From positions 11,870-75,869 of IMG/VR virus record IMGVR_UViG_3300037296_000046: a stretch of 64,000 nt of DNA. One strand, given 5' to 3'. The position numbers and the translations under genes were made by a program. Source of the stretch: a virus. Under the pieces are notes generated by a model, which did not search any database, was not told the DNA's origin, and was given only the letters and a program-made list of their open reading frames with translations. This document shows positions 46,551-56,970 of the stretch, one piece after another (positions within the stretch are counted from its first letter, which is position 1; each line of letters begins with the position of its first letter).

Positions 46551-48923
46551 TTAGCTTTGGTTCGTTTGCTGCAAGATAAGAGCCAAGTCTTGCATGATCT
46601 GGGCCTTCTGTGGACTAGGAACCATTTGGTTCTCATTCACTTCAGCCATAGCCTGTTGAACAGCAGCAGACCGTTCAGCAGCAGGCATATCAGCAGACAT
46701 GATTGCCCCACCAAGACCGGTCAGTTTCTCAACCATATTCATGGATTCGTTCATGGTTTCAGTAATACCCGGACGACCATCAAGACCAACCGTAGTATTA
46801 TTACGGTTTACAGCAGCACTGATACCATCTGCACCTGCATTTGGGTTATCCCCATTAGCAACGTCTTTTTGACCTTGGTTAAGAGCCTGACTATTACCCT
46901 GAGCAGACATCATCTGTTGAATCAGATCATCACGAGTTTTGATCATCTCATCAGTTGGGCCTTTACCAGTGCCATTTTTCAGACGTTCTTCTTCCAATTG
47001 GATCGCATTAGATTTCAATTGGATGCTGTTATTGATTTGATCCAATTGAGCACGTTCATTGTCCAACTGGCTGGAACGAGTAGCAGCATCACGCTGTGCT
47101 TGTGGTGTCCAACGCTCTTTGATCAGCTTGTTAGCAACCTGAATGTCGATCTGACGTTCACCTACGTTGGCTGCATCACGATAACCTGCACCAGTACCAG
47201 CCCACTGAAAGTCGAGAGGGTTTGAACCACGAACAGATTCGACCAAGAATTCTTTAGCTACTGCGGGAGAAAGATTTGGGTTTTCTTTCAACAGGTAATT
47301 AATTGCATCAACGATCTGAGTTTCAGTGTTACCTACACTTGGCAAATCTGTAAGCAGTTCAGCAGCAACAGCAGTAGCATCCATACCATCTTCGGCACGG
47401 CGAACCGAACGAAGAACAGGATCACCATCCTCAGCAATGTTAAGAGCACTCAGGGTAGTATCGTAAGCTGTCTTCAGTGCGCCTGCCTGTGGAATAACAG
47501 GTGCATTAAGTGGGGTCTGGAAGTCAGCAGCAGCTACACCACCTTCAGCACCAAACTGGCCTAGAGCAGCCTTTAGCAGATCAGGAGCCAAGCCTAGACC
47601 TTGAAGCTGTGCCTTAGCCTCTGCTTCAGTAGTAGTCGTCATGGCAGCCTTTTGAGCAAGGCTCAAGGAGTCAGTAGCTACCTGTGAATCACTACGACGA
47701 ATGTTCTCATTGTAGACATCGTTTGCAAAAGTGAAATCACTTGTGCGATCTGCCTGACGCTGTTCTTGACCAATACCAAATGCGTCTTGGTTTCCTTTAG
47801 TGAATTCAAGCCACTTCTCAGGAGATACAGCATTACCTTCAATACCAGCTAGACCAGCCAAGCTACTTTGGAAGTCAGCATTACTAGCCCGACCAGTACC
47901 AGTACCGCCAGTCATACGAAGCATGTTTGCTTCTTCTTGACGACGACCAGCATTGACGCCTTCGTTATGCCCCTTCAAGCCTTCGATACCTTTAGCAGCA
48001 CCTTCAAAGTCACCATTACGGAGAGCAGCAGCAATTGGTTTAGCGTAATCTTTATCCCAGAACCCTGTACCATAGTTATAAGTAATAGAGTCTACAGCAG
48101 CTTGCTGAGTAGAGTTCATACCACTGTAAACACTATCACCAACAGCAGCTACAACAGCAGGACGGAATTCAGTATCAATACGGCGTTGAAGATCACGAGA
48201 AGCATCTTCACGAGTTACCGTAGTACCTTTGTTCACACGCTCAATGCTACCATCTGGACGTGTTACCGTATCAGAACCAAAGCCTGTACGTTGAGCCGTG
48301 ACATCAAAGTAGGCACCTTCACTAAAGCCTTCTTTGGAAGCGATGTAGTCGAACGAGTTGGTTCCCCCACCAGAATTGGGAGCACCAGAGTTCTGATGAC
48401 CAATGCCAAAGTTACCACCAATAGCACCTTCACGAGCACCAACGATGTCACCAGCTTGGCTCATAAGCTGATCTTCAGAGGCAATACGACGAGTGAAGTC
48501 GATACCTGTACGACCTTCAGCACCACGTTCACTGTCAGCCTGAGCATTGTAGAGATTGCCCTGAGCATCATACAGACCACTCTTGGAGCCTTCTGTACCA
48601 GCTTGGGAACGAGTGAGAGCGTTGCCTGTGGCATCCTTACGAAGCCCAAGCATAGCTTCACGCAGAGCAGGAGACATGTTCTCAGGGGCTACGTTCTTGC
48701 TAACGTAGTCCAAGAAGCCGGGAATTTCAGCCTCATTTTTGACACCGACCAGTTCAGGGATCGCCCCGTTACTGACACGTTCCTGAGTACGCAAACGGCT
48801 GCTCTCTAGGGTTTGACCCAGAGCATCGAACCCATTGTTGAAGCTCGAATTAGCATTACGTAGGATGTCAGATGCACCAGTCAGGTTAGGTGCAGCAATT
48901 TGATCCCATTTTAGATCAGCCAT
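46551..48923 (-). CDS. ejection/internal virion protein (gp51-like) with GH24 lysozyme domain
   Basis: position upstream of vRNAP; E-x8-D-x5-T (EGFSEGAYFDVTAQRT), QQAAVDSITYNYG, RRQEEA. Confidence 0.82.
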   Translation of the reverse strand: MADLKWDQIAAPNLTGASDILRNANSSFNNGFDALGQTLESSRLRTQERVSNGAIPELVGVKNEAEIPGFLDYVSKNVAPENMSPALREAMLGLRKDATGNALTRSQAGTEGSKSGLYDAQGNLYNAQADSERGAEGRTGIDFTRRIASEDQLMSQAGDIVGAREGAIGGNFGIGHQNSGAPNSGGGTNSFDYIASKEGFSEGAYFDVTAQRTGFGSDTVTRPDGSIERVNKGTTVTREDASRDLQRRIDTEFRPAVVAAVGDSVYSGMNSTQQAAVDSITYNYGTGFWDKDYAKPIAAALRNGDFEGAAKGIEGLKGHNEGVNAGRRQEEANMLRMTGGTGTGRASNADFQSSLAGLAGIEGNAVSPEKWLEFTKGNQDAFGIGQEQRQADRTSDFTFANDVYNENIRRSDSQVATDSLSLAQKAAMTTTTEAEAKAQLQGLGLAPDLLKAALGQFGAEGGVAAADFQTPLNAPVIPQAGALKTAYDTTLSALNIAEDGDPVLRSVRRAEDGMDATAVAAELLTDLPSVGNTETQIVDAINYLLKENPNLSPAVAKEFLVESVRGSNPLDFQWAGTGAGYRDAANVGERQIDIQVANKLIKERWTPQAQRDAATRSSQLDNERAQLDQINNSIQLKSNAIQLEEERLKNGTGKGPTDEMIKTRDDLIQQMMSAQGNSQALNQGQKDVANGDNPNAGADGISAAVNRNNTTVGLDGRPGITETMNESMNMVEKLTGLGGAIMSADMPAAERSAAVQQAMAEVNENQMVPSPQKAQIMQDLALILQQTNQS

Positions 48924-48945
48924 GATGTTTTCCTATACCTTGAAA

Positions 48946-49497
48946 TTACAGTTTGTGTTCATCAAGGTACGAATTAGCTTCGTCACTGGACTTGCCCTCG
49001 AATTTATACCGAGACTTAATACGATCTTCTAATGTCGTATTATAGTTCTGGGTAGTATTTTCAAGGTTAGTTTGGTAAGCCTCTTTCTGGAAGCTCAGTT
49101 GCTCACGAGCCATCTTGGTTTGCTGATACGAGTTGTACAAGTTGCCAAATGCCTGAAGGCCACCCACCAAGGTCTGAGCCGTACCCATGTTCCAACCGAA
49201 ACCAGAGCCACCATCTGCACCAGCAATGGCCGTTTTGCCAAGACCAGCTTGAGGATCACCGTTCAGAATGTTCGCTGTCACAGCACTGATGTCAGTAGCA
49301 GGAGCACCCACAGTTGCACCTACACCACCCATGACACCAGTTGGTGCAGCAATAGCAGGTGCAGAGATAGCAGGAGGTGCCACTTGTGGCATCATCGCAT
49401 TACCCATGCCCCATTGACCCATGGCGTTAGGATCGGCTGCCCCTACTCCGGGATAGCTATAGCCACCAGTAGCCACCCCCATATCTGTATAATTCAT
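48946..49497 (-). CDS. internal virion protein (gp52-like)
   Basis: Gly/Ala-rich N-terminus, Q..AREQL.FQK...YN..LEDR; synteny. Confidence 0.75.
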   Translation of the reverse strand: MNYTDMGVATGGYSYPGVGAADPNAMGQWGMGNAMMPQVAPPAISAPAIAAPTGVMGGVGATVGAPATDISAVTANILNGDPQAGLGKTAIAGADGGSGFGWNMGTAQTLVGGLQAFGNLYNSYQQTKMAREQLSFQKEAYQTNLENTTQNYNTTLEDRIKSRYKFEGKSSDEANSYLDEHKL

Positions 49498-49510
49498 ATC
49501 CAGTCCTCAC

Positions 49511-52246
49511 TTAGCTGTCTGGTAGTTGAAGGTTAATAGCCACATAATCATAGATCATAGAGTAGCTTAGGTCGATCAGGTCAGTACCAACCATCGTAGT
49601 TCGTCCAATAAACTCACTAGATGTTTCATCTGTATAGACATCCTCAAATGCGTTTGTGAACATCATTGGATTGATAACTGCACCGGAGGAGGTCAAATCC
49701 TGCATCTTCTCATTGAGAGCAGCAGATTCAGTCTCGTACTCTTTTTGTGCCGCTTCCATCTCTGCATAGGTTTCAAGAATGTCTGCCCGTGCCCAACCAC
49801 TATAGGCGTTTACGCCCACGTTGGTAAGCTGCAAAAGGTTATCCATTCGCATCATGTTACCCCAGTTCATGCCAATCTGACCGTCAGTCATATAACTGGT
49901 CATGCCCTGCATCGCTACAAAGCCAGCAATAGCACCAATAACAGCACCCCATTTGGCACCGAATAGCTTCACACTGACTTCACTGATGAGGCTTGTAAGG
50001 ATCATTGCTGCAATGGCATTAACGGCAGCACCCACAAGCAAGGCCGAGGTTCCTGACAGTCCCAGCAAGCCTCCTACGGCTGCGTTGGTTCCAAGGATAC
50101 CACCCGTCACAGCACCAGCAGGAGCAAAATAGACAGTGATTACAGCAATGGCGATCACGAAGATGACCTTAAAGATACCCTTCTGATACCACTTCTGTTT
50201 AGTCACCTTGTAGCAATTGAAGATCAGAAACGTATTACAAGTTGTAAGCTGTGTAGAATCAACAATGCTAAGCTCACGCATAGTCGGGTTGTGCATTGGG
50301 ATAAGCAATGCAGATTCATCTAGATCAGCCAAAGCATCTTTAGAATGAGTATCTACAGAACGACCATCGTATACGAAATTTTGATGAACCAAGCCACGAA
50401 CTGTCAGACGGCGATATGAATCATCCGTGTCCTGCCAGTCGATATATAGGTTATGAATTTCAGATACGTCATACTGTTTGTTGTCACCACTCTCAGTGAG
50501 AGTACCGATTTCTTCTTCCCAGACATCTGATGGCCCATGGCTCATACGGATGTCATTGTATTTAATATTGGAAGCAATCTTACCCTGAATGATTTCCTCT
50601 TTAATAGTGACCCAATTGAGTCGCATATCATAGGATTCCACACGCTCATCATTAGATTTGATATTGATCGTGGTGAACTGTGGTGTCGTTAAAGTAGACT
50701 TTGCAGGTGCAGGTGTACCGTACCGAGCAGATTCGGTATTCTGTTGCTGAGTGTACCAGTCTTCATAATTGGAGATAGCACCTTGGTGTAAGTCTTTCTC
50801 CAATAAGAAATTCTCATAGTCAGTACCACTGGTTCCTTGAAATGGAATCAGGTTACGGAAGAACTGATAGAGATACCGTTTACCAGCACGATCTTTAGCA
50901 TTGAGTGGAACACCAAAAACCATGAAACAATAGTCGATGTCGTCAATGGATTCATTGTCATTAACACTATCCAAGATTTTACTGATGTTATCACCAGTAA
51001 GTTTACGGTAGGCAGCATTACAGGCAGGATAAAAATCCTCACCATACTCTGTGCCACCAAGATCAAAACCTAGAATACCCCCACCAAACTTGTCTTCATC
51101 AATGCTGGAATTCTTGATCCGCAAAGGAATGAATGGAAAGAACTCTTGAAGGTCTTCAGCACTCTCAGTCTGCAAGCCATTGAGTGCAGTACGAGCACCA
51201 CCAAGACGGTAGACCATGATCTTATATTCACCCACTCGTTCATCAGGGTAGTTGTAATACACGTCATCACGATACTTCCAACGAGGAGCCAAGAACTCAA
51301 CCGTCTCAGTTGTCGTTGTGGTTTTGGTTACACCACCACCCATATCTTCTTCAACGACTGTGACAGTATCAGTGCTATCTACAAACGCATATCGCCACAC
51401 ACGGTGAGTATCAATTCGACTACGAGGACGGATGCTATTCTGAATACCTTCATATTCTTCAAATGTGTAAGACAACCGTTCTTCGTATTTGGTATCTGTA
51501 TAGGGCTGAACCGTAGTAGTGGATTCAGGAGGTGTGGCATCCGAATAGGTTACGTCTACAACAGTTGTTTCATTCAAAGAGACAGCTTCATTGGTCAGAA
51601 CCAATGTCTCATCCAGAACGTAATTATCAAAGGTAGGCAGCAGAGTTTCATCATAGAAGAACTCGCTTGGATCACCTAGCTCAAGAGCACTGCTCTCTTC
51701 TGGCTTAGAGAAGTAGTAATATGCAATGACGTAATCCTTGAACTTATCATAGCCTGTGGCATCAATGATTTCTACTGAGGTATCCTCATACTGAATGATA
51801 ATCTCATTATCTTCAGAATTGTAATCACAGGTCCAGTTGCTATCAATCAACTCAGGATATGTGGCAAAGATATACTTCTCAGCAAGGTAAAAGTAGTTTG
51901 CAGCTTCTACAAATGCACGTTGTACAACAGTCACCAACCCTTCAGGTGGAGGGAACTCATCAATGATGAGTTGTTTGTCTACAGGGAAACTGGATGTAAT
52001 AGAACTGGTTGGCATACCCAGAGCATAGTTATTCTTCGCCCATGTGAAGAAGCGGCGTTGCTTCATTCCCGGACCATTCAAGTGAGCATTAACGAGTGTC
52101 TCACCTAGTCCCTTGTCTAGATCATTAGCAAACACAGCACCAATGAGAGTAGTCTTCAGGAAGTTAGGACGGTTATCAATATCACCTGCAAGGTTGTACA
52201 AAACCGAGGAGATTGAGGTAGTTTTCTTACTGCTGAACAAGCCCAT
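49511..52246 (-). CDS. virion structural protein (gp53-like)
   Basis: MGLFSSKK start, KQKWYQ plus hydrophobic C-terminal stretch; synteny. Confidence 0.78.
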   Translation of the reverse strand: MGLFSSKKTTSISSVLYNLAGDIDNRPNFLKTTLIGAVFANDLDKGLGETLVNAHLNGPGMKQRRFFTWAKNNYALGMPTSSITSSFPVDKQLIIDEFPPPEGLVTVVQRAFVEAANYFYLAEKYIFATYPELIDSNWTCDYNSEDNEIIIQYEDTSVEIIDATGYDKFKDYVIAYYYFSKPEESSALELGDPSEFFYDETLLPTFDNYVLDETLVLTNEAVSLNETTVVDVTYSDATPPESTTTVQPYTDTKYEERLSYTFEEYEGIQNSIRPRSRIDTHRVWRYAFVDSTDTVTVVEEDMGGGVTKTTTTTETVEFLAPRWKYRDDVYYNYPDERVGEYKIMVYRLGGARTALNGLQTESAEDLQEFFPFIPLRIKNSSIDEDKFGGGILGFDLGGTEYGEDFYPACNAAYRKLTGDNISKILDSVNDNESIDDIDYCFMVFGVPLNAKDRAGKRYLYQFFRNLIPFQGTSGTDYENFLLEKDLHQGAISNYEDWYTQQQNTESARYGTPAPAKSTLTTPQFTTINIKSNDERVESYDMRLNWVTIKEEIIQGKIASNIKYNDIRMSHGPSDVWEEEIGTLTESGDNKQYDVSEIHNLYIDWQDTDDSYRRLTVRGLVHQNFVYDGRSVDTHSKDALADLDESALLIPMHNPTMRELSIVDSTQLTTCNTFLIFNCYKVTKQKWYQKGIFKVIFVIAIAVITVYFAPAGAVTGGILGTNAAVGGLLGLSGTSALLVGAAVNAIAAMILTSLISEVSVKLFGAKWGAVIGAIAGFVAMQGMTSYMTDGQIGMNWGNMMRMDNLLQLTNVGVNAYSGWARADILETYAEMEAAQKEYETESAALNEKMQDLTSSGAVINPMMFTNAFEDVYTDETSSEFIGRTTMVGTDLIDLSYSMIYDYVAINLQLPDS

Positions 52247-52266
52247 CTTGGTTCCATCCGTAGATT

Positions 52267-52291
52267 AAAGGGAGAGGTTTCCCCCTCCCTA
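52267..52291 (-). terminator. possible terminator
   Basis: AGGGAGGGG/CCTCTCCCT stem on the minus strand. Confidence 0.45.
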
Positions 52292-52297
52292 TAGTCG

Positions 52298-53437
52298 TTA
52301 TCCTAGATTGTTGTTAGTACGCAAACTTTGCAGAACATCACTGATCTTGTTCAATGAAAATTCAGCAGGTGGGTCCGTACCTTCGTCAATCGTCTTTTGT
52401 GTGATCCAAGCATCCGAGTACACCTTGGCTGCCTTATACTGAGCATCCTTGATGTAGGAGTCGATCTGTTGATCGTATAGCTGTTTCTGCTTGCCCACAG
52501 AGCCAGTCACAGGGGTCACACCGTTGAGGCGTGTGTCAGAGGTCTGAGAGTGAGCAACCTCAGTTTGTTCCTCTGAGAGAGCCACAGCAGCAGGCAGAAC
52601 ATCACTTAGCTGGTAGGCTTTGATTAGGATGTCTTTATCCAAGCTGGATTTCTGAACAGGCATCATTTGTGTGAAGGTATAGTTACCCTGATCGTATTGG
52701 GTCTTCATCACATAGTCTGTCTGATAAGCAAGCTGACGCTTCTGTTCAGGTAGGATGTTACCTGTTTGGTAGGTAGTCTGTGCCACTTGAGCAGGCAACA
52801 CACTGTTTGTCTGGTAGGTCAGTTGAGCCAGTTGTGCTGGCATCAGAGAATTTACCGTAAAGTCAGATTGAGCCAATTGGCTCAGCTTCAGTTCAAACTC
52901 TACATCAGCATTAGCCAAGCCCATCTTGGACATAGCATAATCAGCTTCAGAGCGTTGAGCCTCGAAGAAAGCAATGGCCAGTTGAGCCTTAGAAATTTCC
53001 AGTTGAACAGCAGAATTAACGGCATCAATCTCAGCACGACGAGCTTGCATCTGAGCAAGAATAGCAGCCCAATAGGCTTGATCACGACCCAATAGATATT
53101 GGACGCTTGAGCTTAGACCAGCAGTCGTTAGCTCAATATATGCACGAGCATATTGATCCCCAGTAATGCGGTTTAACTCAAACTGCTCACTGAGATGTTC
53201 CTTCATGGACGACATAATTATGTCGAATGTACCAGAACCACCAACGACACCCGTAGTGAGGTCTTCATTGGTCAGTTTAGATACGCTGTTGTATAGAACC
53301 CCTGTTTGATCTGGCAGGCTATATTCAGCCGTATTCAGATCAACCGTAGGGAGATTGAAGTCGTCACCCAGAATGTCAAAAACATTCTGGGCTAGTTCTA
53401 CTGCACCTGAATCAGAAAGTGGATTAGGTGTAGGCAT
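52298..53437 (-). CDS. virion structural protein (gp54-like)
   Basis: GSGTFD, RITGDQYA, GKQKQLYDQQI; synteny. Confidence 0.78.
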   Translation of the reverse strand: MPTPNPLSDSGAVELAQNVFDILGDDFNLPTVDLNTAEYSLPDQTGVLYNSVSKLTNEDLTTGVVGGSGTFDIIMSSMKEHLSEQFELNRITGDQYARAYIELTTAGLSSSVQYLLGRDQAYWAAILAQMQARRAEIDAVNSAVQLEISKAQLAIAFFEAQRSEADYAMSKMGLANADVEFELKLSQLAQSDFTVNSLMPAQLAQLTYQTNSVLPAQVAQTTYQTGNILPEQKRQLAYQTDYVMKTQYDQGNYTFTQMMPVQKSSLDKDILIKAYQLSDVLPAAVALSEEQTEVAHSQTSDTRLNGVTPVTGSVGKQKQLYDQQIDSYIKDAQYKAAKVYSDAWITQKTIDEGTDPPAEFSLNKISDVLQSLRTNNNLG

Positions 53438-53442
53438 TGGCC

Positions 53443-54045
53443 TTAGCCTCCCATACGTTCAGCAGCACCTTGTTTATCGGCAAGCTCTTTAAGCTCAGCG
53501 GTAGTCAGTGCAGGCAAGATTTCAATGTTGTATTCAGGAACCATACGAACGGAGCCAATCGAATGGTCCTTCTTCGTGCTAACCTGTTGGAAACGCTTCG
53601 TTTTCAGAGCATCATACAAGATTTGCTCAAGGTGGTAGCCACCATCCGAATCCTCACCGAACGGAATGAATTTCCGAACAGTACCAACGAAACGGTTATG
53701 AACAGTGAGAAGCTCACCTTTCAGATCACGCTTGCTAGGATTCAGGTTGTAGATACGACAACGAATCAGCTTCATTGCATGAAGGCGGAGACGTTTGCGG
53801 GTTTGCTGTACAGACTCTTTCTTTGGAATGTCAGCTTCGCCTTCGTCTTCAGCATTTAGAGTGGGGTCATCCATGACACCATTCATATGATCTGAAACCT
53901 TCTTGCGTAAAGCGTCCAAGCCAATGTTGCCTGAAACGCGCAGATTCAAAAGTTTGGCGCGTTCTTTCAGCATTGTAAACTCGTCTGGGCCACTAGCCGG
54001 AACGAAGTCATCTTCGGTTTGGGTTGTGTTGTCGTCGGAAGCCAT
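53443..54045 (-). CDS. N4 gp55-like protein
   Basis: LKERA.LL, KLIRCRI.NLNP.K, LP.LT..EL..LA; synteny. Confidence 0.75.
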   Translation of the reverse strand: MASDDNTTQTEDDFVPASGPDEFTMLKERAKLLNLRVSGNIGLDALRKKVSDHMNGVMDDPTLNAEDEGEADIPKKESVQQTRKRLRLHAMKLIRCRIYNLNPSKRDLKGELLTVHNRFVGTVRKFIPFGEDSDGGYHLEQILYDALKTKRFQQVSTKKDHSIGSVRMVPEYNIEILPALTTAELKELADKQGAAERMGG

Positions 54046-54065
54046 TTTGGATGTTCCTAAAGGTT

Positions 54066-54100
54066 AAAAGAAGAAAGGGGTAAGGAAAACCTTACCCCTC
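54066..54100 (-). terminator. terminator after the major capsid gene
   Basis: AGGGGTAAGG-TTTT-CCTTACCCCT plus U-tract on the minus strand. Confidence 0.85.
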
Positions 54101-54123
54101 TCAATTTGCTTAGATCAGTAGAA

Positions 54124-55317
54124 TTACTGAGGAGCAAGTGTCTTGACGAGAGCCAGACGCTCAGGACGAAGGATCATAGTACCGTAGTACCATTTGATCG
54201 AACTGAAGCCCATTTCACCGAATGGATCGGCACGGTCAGCAGTCTCTTTACCCGGCATCTTGGTCAGGACTTTGAACTTCGTGGTCTTACCATCGGTTTG
54301 GAAACCAATAGTAGTGAAGCTCTCAGCACCAACGACGAGCATTGGGAAGACATCGTAGAAGCCACCAGTCTCACGGTAGCCGGGGTTTGCGCCAGTAGCA
54401 GCAGCACCGCCACCAGTAGAACCACCTGCCCAATGCAGCATCTCAGGAACAACGATGATACGGAATTGGTCCAGAGTACCAATTTCACCATTCATCAATG
54501 TACCAGCATCAGCATACTGGTGAGCGTGGATGAACGCCTGATTGCCGAACGAATCGACCATCTTATTGACGAGCATCTGAAGCTCAGTACCGATGTACAG
54601 AACACGGCCAGAGCTAATGGTACGGGTATCAATCATACGCGAACCAGAAATGTACTTCGACTGCTTCGGAGTACGGTTCTCATCCAAGATGATCGACAGA
54701 CGCATCAGGTCGTCATACTCAACCACAGAAGCCGTAGCAGCTTCACCACTCATGGTGGCATCGCTAGTAGCTTCGCCTGTGTACATGATCGTACCAGCAC
54801 CAGCCAACAGATCAGCCTGAAGAACAGCTTCAGTCAGTTGGGTAGCACCAATGGTAAGCTCACGGGACATGTGGCTGTACAGGTCTTCGTCAGTGTCGAA
54901 GTCCATCATTTCCTGAGTGAACTCAGTGAAGATACCGAACTTTTGGATCGTACCTTCACGCTGGATACGAGTGAAGCCAACGCGGTTCACACGGCCACCA
55001 GTTTCAGTCAGGGTAGGCAGTTTGCCGATGATCGTACCGATGTCCTTGGACGAACCGTACAAGTTACCATCAACGGTAGTAGCACCAGAGGCGTCAATAC
55101 CTTGGTCGTTGATGTTCCGGTCATCCAGCAGTGGGATGTAGTGGTAGACTTTGATGGTCTTACCGAAGTGCTTCGGCATGTTCGTAACGTCAGCCATCGG
55201 CATGAAATACATTTCACGCTTAGCTTCGATCAGAGCTTTCTTCAGGTGGAAGAAAGTCTCGAACTGAGTGCCGATGCTAGACGGCGTACCGCCAGCGGGA
55301 TCATTATACTGTTGCAT
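54124..55317 (-). CDS. major capsid protein (N4 gp56 family)
   Basis: [52 protein letters not shown]. Confidence 0.96.
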   Translation of the reverse strand: MQQYNDPAGGTPSSIGTQFETFFHLKKALIEAKREMYFMPMADVTNMPKHFGKTIKVYHYIPLLDDRNINDQGIDASGATTVDGNLYGSSKDIGTIIGKLPTLTETGGRVNRVGFTRIQREGTIQKFGIFTEFTQEMMDFDTDEDLYSHMSRELTIGATQLTEAVLQADLLAGAGTIMYTGEATSDATMSGEAATASVVEYDDLMRLSIILDENRTPKQSKYISGSRMIDTRTISSGRVLYIGTELQMLVNKMVDSFGNQAFIHAHQYADAGTLMNGEIGTLDQFRIIVVPEMLHWAGGSTGGGAAATGANPGYRETGGFYDVFPMLVVGAESFTTIGFQTDGKTTKFKVLTKMPGKETADRADPFGEMGFSSIKWYYGTMILRPERLALVKTLAPQ

Positions 55318-55332
55318 GGCTTTGGTTCTTCC

Positions 55333-56592
55333 TTACAGCCGTTGTGCCAAATTGGCAGTTTTCTCGAAATCCTCATCCGACATGGAGAGAGGGTTATAAT
55401 CCCGCTTTGGAGCAGGAGCAGGAGCATTTCGTGTAGGCAATGCTGCCTTAGCTTTGTCACCATTGCCGGAGACTGCTTTTTGGGGGGCTGGACGTGTTGC
55501 AACGACTCGCTTGGCTGGTGCAGGTTCCTCAGTGGTAGGCTGAGCCTGTGGTGCAGCGGCAGGTGGTTTTAGCAGACCATTCTTGTTCATAATGCCACCA
55601 ACTTCGTAGTAGGCATCAATGCGACGTTTACCCTTGAGATTCCCCAGAGTTTCTTGGCGTTCCACTTCACTCATAATCTGGTCATAGAAACCAGCTTGCT
55701 TGTGTTTGGTGAGAACTTCCAGAATCGTAGGGTCATCAAAGATAACCTTCTTAGATTCTTTATCCCATTCTTTATTGATATGTACAAGCAATTCTTGACC
55801 TTTAGGATCAGAAGATGCTTCAGTCAGTGCATTATCGAAATGCATCTGCTTATCGGACACAGCATGGTTCTTGGGTTGGTAGGTAGATTTCTCACTGGTA
55901 TCAATATCCATAGGATCAATACCAGAATCAGCAATCAGCTTTTTGATCGCTTCAGGGTCTTTTTTACTCAGGTCGATCAGGTAGTTGATCTTCTCAGAAT
56001 TCAGCAAGCCATTGTTTTCCAACGACTTAACCATCTTCAGCGTAGGCTGAAGGCTCTGTAGCTTCTTGGTATAGTTAGCACCAAGCTGCATAAGCTGAAT
56101 AGCTTCTTGAGGAGACTGTACTTGGACATCCTTACCGTTAGCACGGAAGGGAGCCATGATGAGTTCGTACCCAGCCTTATAGTCTACAGGAGCTACCGCT
56201 TCTGCATCAGGTTTGGGTTTGTCATCCGGCTTCGCTGGTTTGGCTTTGTCATCTTCAGCTTTAGCTTCAGGTGCTTTTGGCTTTTCAGCGGGCTTAGGTT
56301 TGACGAAATCATCATCGGATTCATCAAGGGGATTTGTTGTACCTGATACATCGTCTTCAGGTACATCAGTTGTACCATCAGCATTTGCATCTGGATCAGC
56401 ATTTTCATCTTCCTCTGTGGTGCCAGTGCCTTCATCCTCTGGGTCAGTAACCTCAGTGACAGGCTCCTCTAGAACCACAGGCTCCTCTACAACGGGTTGT
56501 TCTTCTGGGACTGGTACGATGTCAGAGGCAGCAGGCGCATTGGCCATGCTCATGATTTCCTCATCGCTCATGTCTTCAATAGATTTAGACAT
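55333..56592 (-). CDS. N4 gp57-like protein (probable scaffolding; often labelled tape measure)
   Basis: acidic N-terminus, PFRANGK, LMQLGANYTKK; immediately upstream of the capsid gene. Confidence 0.75.
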   Translation of the reverse strand: MSKSIEDMSDEEIMSMANAPAASDIVPVPEEQPVVEEPVVLEEPVTEVTDPEDEGTGTTEEDENADPDANADGTTDVPEDDVSGTTNPLDESDDDFVKPKPAEKPKAPEAKAEDDKAKPAKPDDKPKPDAEAVAPVDYKAGYELIMAPFRANGKDVQVQSPQEAIQLMQLGANYTKKLQSLQPTLKMVKSLENNGLLNSEKINYLIDLSKKDPEAIKKLIADSGIDPMDIDTSEKSTYQPKNHAVSDKQMHFDNALTEASSDPKGQELLVHINKEWDKESKKVIFDDPTILEVLTKHKQAGFYDQIMSEVERQETLGNLKGKRRIDAYYEVGGIMNKNGLLKPPAAAPQAQPTTEEPAPAKRVVATRPAPQKAVSGNGDKAKAALPTRNAPAPAPKRDYNPLSMSDEDFEKTANLAQRL

Positions 56593-56954
56593 TATTGCAC
56601 CTCACCATCGGCATCTTCTTGACGAAGTTCTTCAATGGTTTCACCCATCTCAACCAAGTCATTCTCTGCTTGGCGACCCATCTGGATCACAGCACTAAGG
56701 TGTTGCTTCAGACCACCCACACCAATCAATGCGTTCATCACCATCTCTTTGCGATGAGGCGTAGTAACAGTGGTGGGGTCAGTCAGCAGGAGAGCCAAAC
56801 GAGCAGCTTCTTCAACGAAATAGCCTTCCATCACCAGCTTCTTAAAGTCTGGGTTCTGGGAGAGCCGTTCAGCAGTTTGTGCGTTCACAACCAGCTTCTT
56901 GGCCTGTTCCATTGAGAGTTCGATGGATTCGATTTGTTGTTCAAGTTGAGACAT
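56592..56954 (-). CDS. N4 gp58-like protein
   Basis: RL..NPDFKKL..EGY...EAARL; synteny. Confidence 0.75.
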   Translation of the reverse strand: MSQLEQQIESIELSMEQAKKLVVNAQTAERLSQNPDFKKLVMEGYFVEEAARLALLLTDPTTVTTPHRKEMVMNALIGVGGLKQHLSAVIQMGRQAENDLVEMGETIEELRQEDADGEVQ

Positions 56955-56970
56955 GGTTATACCAGTTTCC

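Noticed and set aside
36015-48809. Many long plus-strand ORFs opposite vRNAP and gp51
   Set aside because: Antisense shadows; no protein-like motifs.
54106-55572. 488-aa plus-strand ORF opposite the major capsid gene
   Set aside because: Antisense shadow of a strongly codon-biased gene; no RBS or recognisable motif.
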